Origin: a virus
Length of the DNA: 58,184 nucleotides
Direction: 5' to 3' (one strand)
Virus record (IMG/VR): IMGVR_UViG_3300045988_095259
Coordinates: 1-58,184 of that record
Positions 40,249-48,243 of the stretch are shown piece by piece. Under the pieces are notes generated by a model. The model made no database searches. It saw only the letters and a list, made by a program, of their open reading frames with translations, and was not told the origin of the DNA. Made by a program: the position numbers and the translations under genes. Each line of letters begins with the position of its first letter. Within the stretch, counting starts at the first letter, position 1.

Positions 40249-40335
40249 GATTCAATGCCGCTTTCGCATCATCCGACAATCTTTTCCCCTACAAATATGG
40301 TAAAATATGGTATCCCCACAGAAAGGAGAAGCCAC

Positions 40336-40440
40336 ATGAACCGTATCCAATACATCCGTGAGATCAAGCGGCTGCTTGCTAAGTGTCCCATGCGCGTCCT
40401 CGATCTCGTCTACCGCATCCTCCGCAGCTCCGTGAGATGA
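40336..40440 (+). CDS. Possible 34-aa basic amphipathic peptide
   Basis: SD AAAGGAG lies 7 nt before the ATG. An extended -10-like TGGTAAAAT sits upstream. The product is MNRIQYIREIKRLLAKCPMRVLDLVYRILRSSVR. It is short, so the call is weak. Confidence 0.3.
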   Translation: MNRIQYIREIKRLLAKCPMRVLDLVYRILRSSVR

Positions 40441-40466
40441 TGCAAGCGGTGCCGATCCGGTGTCGC

Positions 40467-40853
40467 TTATTGCATACTCTCCACTATCGCAGCAACTGCG
40501 TCCAGCTTTTTCCGGTCGAGCTTGTCCAGGCGGATCACAACATCCCTGTATCGATCATCCGTCTGCATCCGAAGGGCTATATCAGCTATCGCCTGGTTAC
40601 GCACCGTTTCCGGATCCACATCCACTGTCATTGGCACATCGTATCCCATCAGCCACAGAGCATTAACGTCCAATGTCTTTGATATTTTTTCTATCGCAGC
40701 TTGTTTGGGATTCATTTTCCCAGATACATACAGAGATATAGCACCTCTTGGAAGTCCACTATCCCTCACTAAATCAATCTGTTTCATCCCTCTTGCGTTC
40801 ATGACCGTTCTGAGCCGTTCCGCTGTCGTAGCAACTCGTTCCACTTTTAACAT
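40467..40853 (-). CDS. CI-like repressor (XRE-family HTH, 128 aa)
   Basis: The HTH reads ERLRTVMNARGMKQIDLVRDSGLPRGAISLYVSGK. It is divergent from a Cro-like gene. ATG 40853 was chosen because a near-consensus promoter lies inside the longer ORF-track version. Confidence 0.85.
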   Translation of the reverse strand: MLKVERVATTAERLRTVMNARGMKQIDLVRDSGLPRGAISLYVSGKMNPKQAAIEKISKTLDVNALWLMGYDVPMTVDVDPETVRNQAIADIALRMQTDDRYRDVVIRLDKLDRKKLDAVAAIVESMQ

Positions 40854-40869
40854 CCCCCTCTTTAGCTTT

Positions 40870-40898
40870 ATTATACCACGACTTCGGCTGGCGTTCAA
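40870..40898 (-). promoter_or_regulatory. Repressor promoter (TTGAAC, 17 nt, TGgTATAAT)
   Basis: The minus strand reads TTGAACgccagccgaagtcgtggTATAAT. The -10 is at 40870-40875, about 17 nt upstream of ATG 40853. Confidence 0.65.
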
Positions 40899-40940
40899 CA
40901 TCATTTTTATTATTTTTCTTGTCTTTTTTTCGAAATTGTA

Positions 40941-40969
40941 TTGACAAAGGCGAAATGGTGTGGTATAAT
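40941..40969 (+). promoter_or_regulatory. Cro-side early promoter (TTGACA, 17 nt, TGgTATAAT)
   Basis: TTGACAaaggcgaaatggtgtggTATAAT. CGAAAT-containing repeats are at 40931, 40951 and 40986. The palindrome GAAATcATTTC (40987-40997) is a possible operator. Confidence 0.7.
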
Positions 40970-41013
40970 AGCATCAGTTCCGAAACCGAAATCATTTCAA
41001 GGAGGTGATAACA

Positions 41014-41289
41014 TTGAAGTACGCGAAATTGCGCGGTGCCATACGCGAAAGACTGGGGTCAGAAGGTGTTCTTGCGGTGAAACTGGGGATGAACCCAGTC
41101 ACGCTTAGCAAGAAGCTGAATGGAAAAACGGACTGGAAGAAGAACGAGATCGAGAAAACGCTCGAATATCTGGTTATTCCGCGTTCGGAAGTGTATGACT
41201 ATTTTTTTGCAATAACAAATGAAGTCGACAGCTATGACTTTTTCAATCGAGCACAGGAATTTATTGACGAAACGAGGAACAAGCAATGA
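41014..41289 (+). CDS. Cro-like / DUF739-type HTH regulator
   Basis: TTG 41014 lies 8 nt after AGGAGG. The product begins MKYAKLRGAIRERLGSEGVLAVKLGMNPVTLSKKLNGKTDWKKNEI. Confidence 0.72.
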   Translation: MKYAKLRGAIRERLGSEGVLAVKLGMNPVTLSKKLNGKTDWKKNEIEKTLEYLVIPRSEVYDYFFAITNEVDSYDFFNRAQEFIDETRNKQ

Positions 41290-41819
41290 ATACAATCGTA
41301 TTTGTTCCAATTAAGGACTACTTCCAATCAAGAAAGCGACTATGGTTAAAAATGCTTATACCCTTTCTTTCTGGCGTTGCTGCCCTTGTTGGCGCATTTG
41401 TTTTTGACTTTGGGGATGAAAACGATATTTGCACTATTTTTTCGGAATTTATCAATGTACAGATTAACATAGTGGCAATCCTTATTTCGTTTTCTGTCGC
41501 CATAATAACAATATTGGTATCGGCTGATAATAAGAACATTGAACAGCTAAAAAACACTCCCTCAAGCGATTGCAAACAAATAAACGGCAAAACATTATCG
41601 CTGTTTCAAGTTTTATTATCCAACATTGCATACAATGTCATAGTGGAAATAATATACTTGATTCTGCTGATTGTAGTCGTGCTAATAAAGGCATTGTTGC
41701 CGGCTGTACTGTTTAAGTATATTACCGCTGCTTGTGTCTTCTTTATTATGCACATTCTTTTTGTATTGCTTGAATCTGTTTCACAAATGTATTTGACATT
41801 TTGGAGCAAAAGTTTCTGA
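41286..41819 (+). CDS. AT-rich multi-pass membrane protein in the immunity region (177 aa), candidate superinfection-exclusion or abortive-infection moron
   Basis: It has four or more hydrophobic segments. The local GC content is clearly lower than the flanks. It overlaps the cro-like gene by ATGA. The function is inferred from position only. Confidence 0.72.
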   Translation: MNTIVFVPIKDYFQSRKRLWLKMLIPFLSGVAALVGAFVFDFGDENDICTIFSEFINVQINIVAILISFSVAIITILVSADNKNIEQLKNTPSSDCKQINGKTLSLFQVLLSNIAYNVIVEIIYLILLIVVVLIKALLPAVLFKYITAACVFFIMHILFVLLESVSQMYLTFWSKSF

Positions 41820-41849
41820 TTCGGAATCAAAATCACACGGAGGTTCAAA

Positions 41850-42659
41850 ATGAGCAATATTGAAATTTTCCAGAACGAAGAATTTGGCGAAATCCGAACC
41901 ATCGAAGAAGAGGGCAAGGTGCTGTTCTGCGCGAGTGATGTGGCAAAAGCACTCGGTTACGAAAAACCCAATAACGCGGTAGCCACGCACTGTAGGGCTA
42001 CCCTGAAACGGGGTACCCCTATCAGCGGCAAAATGCAGGAAATCAACTTTATCCCTGAAGGCGATGTGTACCGCCTTATCACACACAGCAAGCTCCCGTC
42101 GGCGGAAAAGTTTGAATCATGGGTATTCGACGAAGTCCTCCCCGCAATCCGCAAAACAGGTGGGTACGTCAACGACACGGAGACGTTTGTGGACGCTTAT
42201 TTCGCCGGAATCCCAGAAGAGATGAAAGCCATCATCCGCGTCAGCCTGGACACCATCAAGATTAAGGACGGCATCATCGAAGCCCAGAAGCAGACCATCG
42301 CCGAGAAGGACAGAGTGATCGAGTACAAAGAAGATGTGATTTGCGGTCTTGTGGACGATATTGACCTCGCGACAAAGCGGCAGCGCATCAAGCAGATCAT
42401 CCAGTACCACGCCAGGAGCAAGGTGGAGATCATGCAGAAGTGGAATCTCCTCTACAACGAGTTTGAAGCAAAGTATCATGTAAACCTGTCCGTGCGGTTT
42501 GAGAACAACAAGGACGCATTTAAGCCGAAGCTGCGCAACAAGGTAGACCTCATTGACCGCCAGATGAACATGATTCCGCAGCTATATGAAATCTGCTGCA
42601 AACTGTTCGAAAGTGACGTCCAGAAGCTGAGAGCCGAATGGGATAGCGCGATTGGATAA
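41850..42659 (+). CDS. Antirepressor (BRO-N domain plus C-terminal ANT/KilAC-like region)
   Basis: The BRO-N segment reads FQNEEFGEIRTIEEEGKVLFCASDVAKALGYEKPNNAV. SD GGAGG. Confidence 0.85.
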   Translation: MSNIEIFQNEEFGEIRTIEEEGKVLFCASDVAKALGYEKPNNAVATHCRATLKRGTPISGKMQEINFIPEGDVYRLITHSKLPSAEKFESWVFDEVLPAIRKTGGYVNDTETFVDAYFAGIPEEMKAIIRVSLDTIKIKDGIIEAQKQTIAEKDRVIEYKEDVICGLVDDIDLATKRQRIKQIIQYHARSKVEIMQKWNLLYNEFEAKYHVNLSVRFENNKDAFKPKLRNKVDLIDRQMNMIPQLYEICCKLFESDVQKLRAEWDSAIG

Positions 42660-42676
42660 GAAAGAGAGGAGAAGCA

Positions 42677-42895
42677 ATGAAAACCTTCACTCTCACATTG
42701 TCAACAAACGATGTGGCGATAATTCAGAGATCTCTACTGTACACCAAAATGTCGTTACAAAATGAATCTCATGCCCCACAGCATAGTCCGGAAGTTCGAG
42801 ATAGTTTCGTCAAGACATCCGAAGCAATCCGCGACATTTTGAACGACATATTAATTCAGTGCGAAAAACAGAAAGAACAGGGGGAAGCAGAATAA
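42677..42895 (+). CDS. Hypothetical 72-aa protein
   Basis: SD GAGAGGAG. No motif. Confidence 0.6.
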   Translation: MKTFTLTLSTNDVAIIQRSLLYTKMSLQNESHAPQHSPEVRDSFVKTSEAIRDILNDILIQCEKQKEQGEAE

Positions 42896-43185
42896 TGAAA
42901 CCTTACATCAAGCATGACAGATGGGGCGATCCGGTGTGCTGTGATTGCGAACACGCTTTCCGTGACGGAGAACGCGCCATGATTGCCGACAACGAGGTGA
43001 TCTGCTGGGACTGCGTGGAAAAGTGGGCGGAGGACGATCTTGCCGACCTGCTCGACCACATCGCCAGCGGTGACGCGAGGACCATATTCGATTGGCAGGT
43101 AGACGAGATTTCGCAGGACGCCACAGAAGAAGCGGGAACGGAACGACAGGAAGAAATGGAGATGATAATGCATGACTATCACTGA
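42895..43185 (+). CDS. Hypothetical 96-aa Cys-containing acidic protein
   Basis: ATG 42895 overlaps the upstream TAA (TAATG). The cysteines are CCDCEH...ICWDC. Confidence 0.62.
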   Translation: MKPYIKHDRWGDPVCCDCEHAFRDGERAMIADNEVICWDCVEKWAEDDLADLLDHIASGDARTIFDWQVDEISQDATEEAGTERQEEMEMIMHDYH

Positions 43186-43447
43186 GTGTAGAGAGCGCAC
43201 AGACGCGATTCTGACCGCTGTAGGCGCGCTAAGCATGGTGGGCGGTATCTGTACTGCCGCCGGAGTAAAGTACCCCGTGAGCGAATCTCCTGCGCTCTGG
43301 ATAGCGACCGTAGCCCTGTGGACGATTGCAGCCGGATGTGCAGCCGCTTGCCTGACGAGTGATGCAAGACGCAAAAAAAGCCGCGACAGAAAATGTCACG
43401 GCATGATGCGGATGGACACCGACGGAAGATGGTATAGCGAGAGATGA
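43172..43447 (+). CDS. Small membrane protein (91 aa)
   Basis: It has two hydrophobic segments (AILTAVGALSMVGGICTAAG, ALWIATVALWTIAAGCAAACL). Confidence 0.58.
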   Translation: MTITECRERTDAILTAVGALSMVGGICTAAGVKYPVSESPALWIATVALWTIAAGCAAACLTSDARRKKSRDRKCHGMMRMDTDGRWYSER

Positions 43448-43704
43448 CCGCCCAGAAAAGAAAGGACGGGTCGCAAGCATGGAGGACTTACGACCCTATG
43501 AACCATGGAGTAAGCGAGGGGGGATCGCTGTTTCCGGATATAGTATACCACACTTCCGAAGAAAAGTCAAGCAATCCAAGCCCAATGACAGGCACAGCCA
43601 TAGACGGCACCATAACCCTATGCGGCATGAGCATATCCGATATGCCGATTCTGGTCCGCAAGGCAATCACCAAGCTATGGTTTTACGAACATAACGAGAT
43701 ATAG
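43444..43704 (+). CDS. Hypothetical 86-aa protein
   Basis: ATGA overlap with the upstream gene. It ends with TAG. Confidence 0.52.
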   Translation: MTAQKRKDGSQAWRTYDPMNHGVSEGGSLFPDIVYHTSEEKSSNPSPMTGTAIDGTITLCGMSISDMPILVRKAITKLWFYEHNEI

Positions 43705-43716
43705 AGAGGTTATAAA

Positions 43717-45342
43717 ATGGAAAACGCAATGGAGATCTACACACAGTGTTGCAGCACACCGCAGAACGCGCTGAAGCCCATCACCGCCGGACGGCTCAAG
43801 GGCATGAGCGACATCAACCCCATGTATCGCATACAGAAATTAACCGAGGTATTCGGCGCGTGTGGATTCGGGTGGAAGTACACCATCGAGAACAAGGAGA
43901 TCATGGACGGCGCGAACGGCGAAAAGGTCGCAATCGTAGACATTAACCTCTACGTGAAGTGGAACGGCGAGTGGTCGGAAGCGATTCCCGGCACAGGCGG
44001 AGCTTCCTTCATCGCCAACGAGAGAAACGGAGCGTACACGTCGGACGAATGTGTAGACGGAGAATGCGAAGTTCTCACCGCAAACGGATGGATTAAATTC
44101 AAAGATTACAGCGGAAAAGACGAAATTGCTCAATTTGACAAGGAAACAAGCGAAATTAGTTTTACCAAGCCAACTCGCTTCATTCACAAGGTGTCCTCAG
44201 ATTTATACGACAAAGGCGGAGTAATCATGACTGCGCATCACCGAAATCTCGTTCAAAGAAGATCTTGCGGTGACAGAGTGGTTCTTCTGGCAAAAGACTT
44301 TGCGAACCAAAAATTCTTGCCTTCTCGGAGTGGATATGGACGAAGCAAGTCGTTCAGAGATGTCAAGTGCGGATTGTTTGGCACCCCACAACCACTAACG
44401 GTTAGTCAAAGAGTAGGTATCATGATCGCTTGCGACGGAACATTATATCGTCAAAATTCAAATGGAGATACATTCTGGCGACTTGAATTCAGCAAAAGCA
44501 GAAAAGTGGAAAAAGCAGAAATGCTATTGGAAGAAGCAAACATTGAGTTTAAAAAAACAATAAACACAAGAAAAAACGGTTCTATGACTACATCGTTCGT
44601 TTTCAATTTAAAAGGTGATTTCAAAGACTACAGGACATTTCTACCGTATGGAAACTACCCAGGATTGTGGAATGAAATCGTTTCGTGGGATGGATGCGAA
44701 ACATGCGGGGTCCAAACTTTCTGCACAACAGATAAAGAAAACGCAATTCATATACAAACACTTCTCGCTCTATCAGGCGAAACCGCAACGTTAGCGACAA
44801 GGGAGCGCATGAACACCAAACACCATGAATTGTATGTGCTATACAAGAAAAAACACCATACTGGTTCCACAGGATTCAAAAAATACAGTGGGGAAATGGA
44901 TGTCTATTGCGTGGAGGTTCCGACAACATTTTTCTTGATAAGAAAAAATGACGAAATCTATGTAACTGGGAATTGTTATAAGATGGCTCTCACCGACGCG
45001 CTCAGCGTATCGTGCAAGGCTCTCGGCATCGGTGCAGACGTGTATTGGGCTGCCGGACACACGAAATACGACGCACCACGCCAGACCGTACAGAATCGCC
45101 AACAGCAAGCGCAAGCGCAGCCCCTGCCAACCACACCAAAACAACAACAAAACGCCGCACAGCCAAACGTGGCGCAGCCTACGCCACGCAAAAGGCTGAT
45201 GCAGCTATTGGAAGCGCGAAACATTGACGTGCAGCAGTATATGACGGCAAATAACCTCTCCAAGACCACGCCGGAATCCGAAGTGGAGCGGATGATTAAG
45301 GAACTCGAACAGCTTCCCCCGGTACCGTCAGAGGTAGCATGA
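43717..45342 (+). CDS. Rad52-like single-strand annealing protein interrupted by an intein
   Basis: The extein motifs are YRIQKLTEVFGACGFGWKY and YKMALTDALSVSCKALGIGADVYW. The spliced product would be 233 aa with a Gln/Pro-rich C-tail. Confidence 0.8.
   Translation: MENAMEIYTQCCSTPQNALKPITAGRLKGMSDINPMYRIQKLTEVFGACGFGWKYTIENKEIMDGANGEKVAIVDINLYVKWNGEWSEAIPGTGGASFIANERNGAYTSDECVDGECEVLTANGWIKFKDYSGKDEIAQFDKETSEISFTKPTRFIHKVSSDLYDKGGVIMTAHHRNLVQRRSCGDRVVLLAKDFANQKFLPSRSGYGRSKSFRDVKCGLFGTPQPLTVSQRVGIMIACDGTLYRQNSNGDTFWRLEFSKSRKVEKAEMLLEEANIEFKKTINTRKNGSMTTSFVFNLKGDFKDYRTFLPYGNYPGLWNEIVSWDGCETCGVQTFCTTDKENAIHIQTLLALSGETATLATRERMNTKHHELYVLYKKKHHTGSTGFKKYSGEMDVYCVEVPTTFFLIRKNDEIYVTGNCYKMALTDALSVSCKALGIGADVYWAAGHTKYDAPRQTVQNRQQQAQAQPLPTTPKQQQNAAQPNVAQPTPRKRLMQLLEARNIDVQQYMTANNLSKTTPESEVERMIKELEQLPPVPSEVA
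44050..44973 (+). mobile_element. Intein (308 aa) with a LAGLIDADG-type homing endonuclease
   Basis: Block A is CVDGECEVLTANG (Cys1 at 44050). Block B is GVIMTAHH. LAGLIDADG-like segments are VGIMIACDGTLY and LWNEIVSWDGCE. Blocks F/G are DVYCVEVPTTFFLIRKNDEIYVTGN, followed by the +1 Cys at 44974. The endonuclease part is AT-rich. The penultimate residue is Gly, not His. Confidence 0.75.
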
Positions 45343-45379
45343 CCCCATGAAGCCAAAGCGGACTGTACATCCGCAGCGG

Positions 45380-45429
45380 CTCCGTCTTACGGTGCAAGTC
45401 CGTAACCGATGAGCATAAGCGAAACGGAG
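45380..45429 (+). ncRNA. Type III hammerhead-ribozyme-like motif
   Basis: Stem III is CUCCGU (45380-85) with ACGGAG (45424-29). The GUC triplet has C17 at 45386. Stem I is UUACGG/CCGUAA (45387-45405) with a 7-nt loop. The core is CCGAUGA (45406-12; consensus CUGAUGA). Stem II is GC-AUAA-GC (45413-20). GAAA is at 45421-24. Deviations from consensus are U4 to C and a 2-bp stem II. Confidence 0.4.
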
Positions 45430-45458
45430 ACTACACAAACCGAAAAGGAGAATGAACC

Positions 45459-45989
45459 ATGGACGAGCAGAAGATGATCCCCGAAAAAGAGCAGGACGGA
45501 TTCAAGATTGATTCCGATTCCAAGGCAGAATGGGCGGTGAAGCGCATCAAGGAAGCAGAACGCGAACAGAACCGCTTGCTTGCGCTGGTTGATGAAGAAC
45601 GCGCCGATCTGGATGTGCGGGAAAAGGAAATCCTCGACAACTACGCTCAGAAGACGGACGGCTTGAAAGCACTGCTGGAGGAATACCTCCGCGCACAGCA
45701 CGCCAAGGAAGAAGCGAGAGAGACGAACACGCAGATCACATATCAGCTTCTCTCCGGCAAGTTGGTGTATAAGAAAAGCGGTCTGGAGCTGAAGCAGAAC
45801 GCAGACGTGCTTGTGAATTGGTGCAAGGAACACTTGCCTGATGCAGTCAAGGTGACCTACGCGCCGAAGTGGGCAGAAATCAAGAAGAACATCAAGGTTG
45901 TGGACGGCATTCCGGTGTACGCGCCGACCGGAGAAGTGGTGGACGGCGTAGAAGAAGCCTACGTGGCAAGCAAATTTAACGTGGTATGA
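45459..45989 (+). CDS. Gam-like host-nuclease inhibitor / Gp157-like protein (176 aa)
   Basis: SD AAAGGAG. The N-terminus reads FKIDSDSKAEWAVKRIKEAEREQNRL, followed by a coiled-coil. It sits next to the annealase. Confidence 0.65.
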   Translation: MDEQKMIPEKEQDGFKIDSDSKAEWAVKRIKEAEREQNRLLALVDEERADLDVREKEILDNYAQKTDGLKALLEEYLRAQHAKEEARETNTQITYQLLSGKLVYKKSGLELKQNADVLVNWCKEHLPDAVKVTYAPKWAEIKKNIKVVDGIPVYAPTGEVVDGVEEAYVASKFNVV

Positions 45990-46546
45990 GTACGGAGACA
46001 ACAGCAAGACTGCGTGACATGACGCAGGACGTAAAAACAAGGCGGTATGTGCTGACACTGGAGATGCAGGACGCACCAGCCGCCATGCGGGTATGGGATG
46101 AGCTGCACGGGGACGAAAAAATCTCCGTCCGGCTGTCCAAATACCGCAGGAAACGCTCCCTGGACGCAAATGCTTACGCCTAGACGCTCCTTGACAAACT
46201 GTCGGTATGTTTACATATCCCGAAAGAAACGCTCTACAGGGGCTATATCAAGGACGTAGGCGGCGTATCCGATACAGTGTGCGTAAAAACCGAGAGTGTG
46301 CCGAAGCTGTGCGCCACATGGGAGAAGAACGGCGTCGGATGGCAATGGGCATCGTTTCCTTCCTCCACAAACGGCTACACCAACGTAATCCTCTACTACG
46401 GATCCAGTACCTACGACACAGCCCAGATGGCGCGATTGATTGACCTGATCGTGCAGGACTGCAAGGCGCAGCACATCGAAACGGCAGACCCAGAGGACGT
46501 AAAGAGCCTGCTGCAAATGTGGGACGAAAAAGCGAAAGGAAGGTGA
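45986..46546 (+). pseudogene. Recombination-module gene (RSLDANAY-motif family; NinB / putative-HNHc-like) split by a single in-frame TAG
   Basis: ORFs 45986..46183 and 46184..46546 are in the same frame. Only the TAG at 46181-46183 separates them. That position is usually aromatic in the ...RSL.ANAY(W/F/Y).L.. motif. Confidence 0.6.
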
Positions 46547-46550
46547 TAAT

Positions 46551-47438
46551 ATGGCAGAAAGAGACTTCAAGGGGATATGGATTCCCGCTGAAGTGTGGTT
46601 AGACGAAAGACTTAATCCGCTTGAAAAGGTGATACTCATGGAGATCGACAGTTTAGACTGCGGTGAAAATGGGTGTTACGCAAGCAATGAGTATATCGCT
46701 GGATTCTGCCAGTGTTCTGAATCAAAAGTAGCACACGCAGTCACTCGACTTGTTGAGCTTGGCTACGTATCCCGAAAATCGTTCGACGGAAGGCAAAGAA
46801 TCTTGCAAAGCAGACTTGCAAAATTTGCAAGGCAGAATAGCAAAGTTTGCAAGGCAGACGTGCAAAATTTGCAAGAAAGTAATATAGACAGTAATATAGA
46901 CATTAGCAGTAGTATTAATAAAGAATATAAAGAAAGTCCGCAAGAGAGCGATTTTACGGTCGCTGTAGTGGATTACCTGAACGAGAAGGCGGGAACGCAT
47001 TATAGAGCGGGAGTGCCCAAAACACAGGCGTTGATCAAAGCGAGAGCGAAAGAGGGGTTCACGGAAGCAGACTTCCGCACGGTAATCGACAAGAAGTGTG
47101 CAGACTGGATCGGAACAGAGTACGAACAGTATCTTAGACCGCAAACCCTGTTCGGGACAAAGTTTGAGTCGTATCTGAACAATATACCGTACAACAACAG
47201 ATGTCAGACGCATAAGAAGCGACCTGCCAACGTTCCGGATTGGGTGCCGGATGAAGTCGTGGATCAGCCGGACTTCAAGTGCATGGATACACTGCTCAAC
47301 TATCCGTCGTATGGTATCGTGACATATGTTACAACGGCTGGACAGTACGGCACATGGGAACCCGGAACAAAGGAACGTGCGGATAAAATCCAGAGTGACT
47401 ACAATGAGTGGCTGAAAAAGAAAGGCGGCGTAAAGTAG
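46551..47438 (+). CDS. Phage replisome organizer (DnaD-like N-terminal winged helix plus conserved phage C-terminal domain)
   Basis: The N-terminus reads FKGIWIPAEVWLDERLNPLEKVILMEIDSL. The C-terminus reads VVDYLNEKAGTHYRAGVPKTQALIKARAKEGFTEADFRTVIDKKCADWIGTEYEQYLRPQTLFGTKFESY. Confidence 0.8.
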   Translation: MAERDFKGIWIPAEVWLDERLNPLEKVILMEIDSLDCGENGCYASNEYIAGFCQCSESKVAHAVTRLVELGYVSRKSFDGRQRILQSRLAKFARQNSKVCKADVQNLQESNIDSNIDISSSINKEYKESPQESDFTVAVVDYLNEKAGTHYRAGVPKTQALIKARAKEGFTEADFRTVIDKKCADWIGTEYEQYLRPQTLFGTKFESYLNNIPYNNRCQTHKKRPANVPDWVPDEVVDQPDFKCMDTLLNYPSYGIVTYVTTAGQYGTWEPGTKERADKIQSDYNEWLKKKGGVK

Positions 47439-47439
47439 A

Positions 47440-48243
47440 GTGGACAGAGCTATGCGCGACATTATCAGTGCATCCATGGAAAATGCACGTCCAATGCCCG
47501 GTGATTACCCGGTAAATGGGATACTGTACTGCGGCAGGTGCAATAAGCCGAAAGAAAAGCGCATAGAGTGGGTAGGCAAGCCAGTCACCGTCGGTATCAT
47601 GTGCGACTGTCAGCAGAAGAAATACGATGCAGAGGAAAAAGAGAGACGCGCACAGAAGATAGCGATCAACCGCATGAGAGCTTATGGTAACGAAAAGATG
47701 GCATCCAAACTGAGCCGGAAGAATTTCGCCCATTGTAATCCGCAGTTGTGCAACGAATCTGCATATGAAGCCATCAAGGATTATGCAGATAACTACGACA
47801 AGTACAGGCAGCAAGGAAAAGGGCTGCTTCTGACGGGCAGTGTAGGTGCAGGAAAGACCTATGCGGCACTCTGTATCCTGAACAAACTGCTCGATGAATG
47901 TCACACAGGCTTGTTCACAAGCTTCTCGCGCATAGCGGACGATCTGTTTTCGCTGAGAGAACGCAGAGAATACATAAACACGCTTACGGATTATGACGCA
48001 GTGGTGATTGACGATCTCGGCGCGGAACGTTCCAGCGAATGGATGATGGAGCAGGTGTATTCCGTTGTGGATGCATTCATCCGTGCGGAAAGACCTATGA
48101 TTATAACCACCAATCTTCCGTTCGCAGAGATCAACGACTGCAAGGACATATCCAGACAGCGCATATATTCCCGTATCCTCGGCAGTTGCAAAGTCGTGAC
48201 ATTTTCCGGAAAAGATATGCGAAAGGAGGGAATAGCCCAATGA
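47440..48243 (+). CDS. DnaC/IstB-like AAA+ helicase loader
   Basis: The Walker A is LLLTGSVGAGKTY and the Walker B is AVVIDDLGAE. An N-terminal CxxC...CDC is present. The start is GTG 47440 or ATG 47452. Confidence 0.85.
   Translation: MDRAMRDIISASMENARPMPGDYPVNGILYCGRCNKPKEKRIEWVGKPVTVGIMCDCQQKKYDAEEKERRAQKIAINRMRAYGNEKMASKLSRKNFAHCNPQLCNESAYEAIKDYADNYDKYRQQGKGLLLTGSVGAGKTYAALCILNKLLDECHTGLFTSFSRIADDLFSLRERREYINTLTDYDAVVIDDLGAERSSEWMMEQVYSVVDAFIRAERPMIITTNLPFAEINDCKDISRQRIYSRILGSCKVVTFSGKDMRKEGIAQ

Noticed and set aside
40141-40440. 99-aa ORF spanning the end of the AP2 gene and the following intergenic region
   Set aside because: It reads through the stop and terminator at 40213-40248 in another frame. 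Only its last 34 codons, which have their own SD, are retained, as a low-confidence micro-ORF.
45387-45405. tRNA T-arm-like hairpin (UACGG-UGCAAGU-CCGUA)
   Set aside because: There is no acceptor, D or anticodon arm around it. The loop has G where the invariant U55 should be. It is better explained as stem I of the hammerhead-like motif.
46181-46183. Genome-wide TAG stop-codon reassignment
   Set aside because: TAG is the terminator of several well-supported genes (stops at 14816, 17524, 20097, 43704 and 47438). No other gene is interrupted by in-frame TAG.
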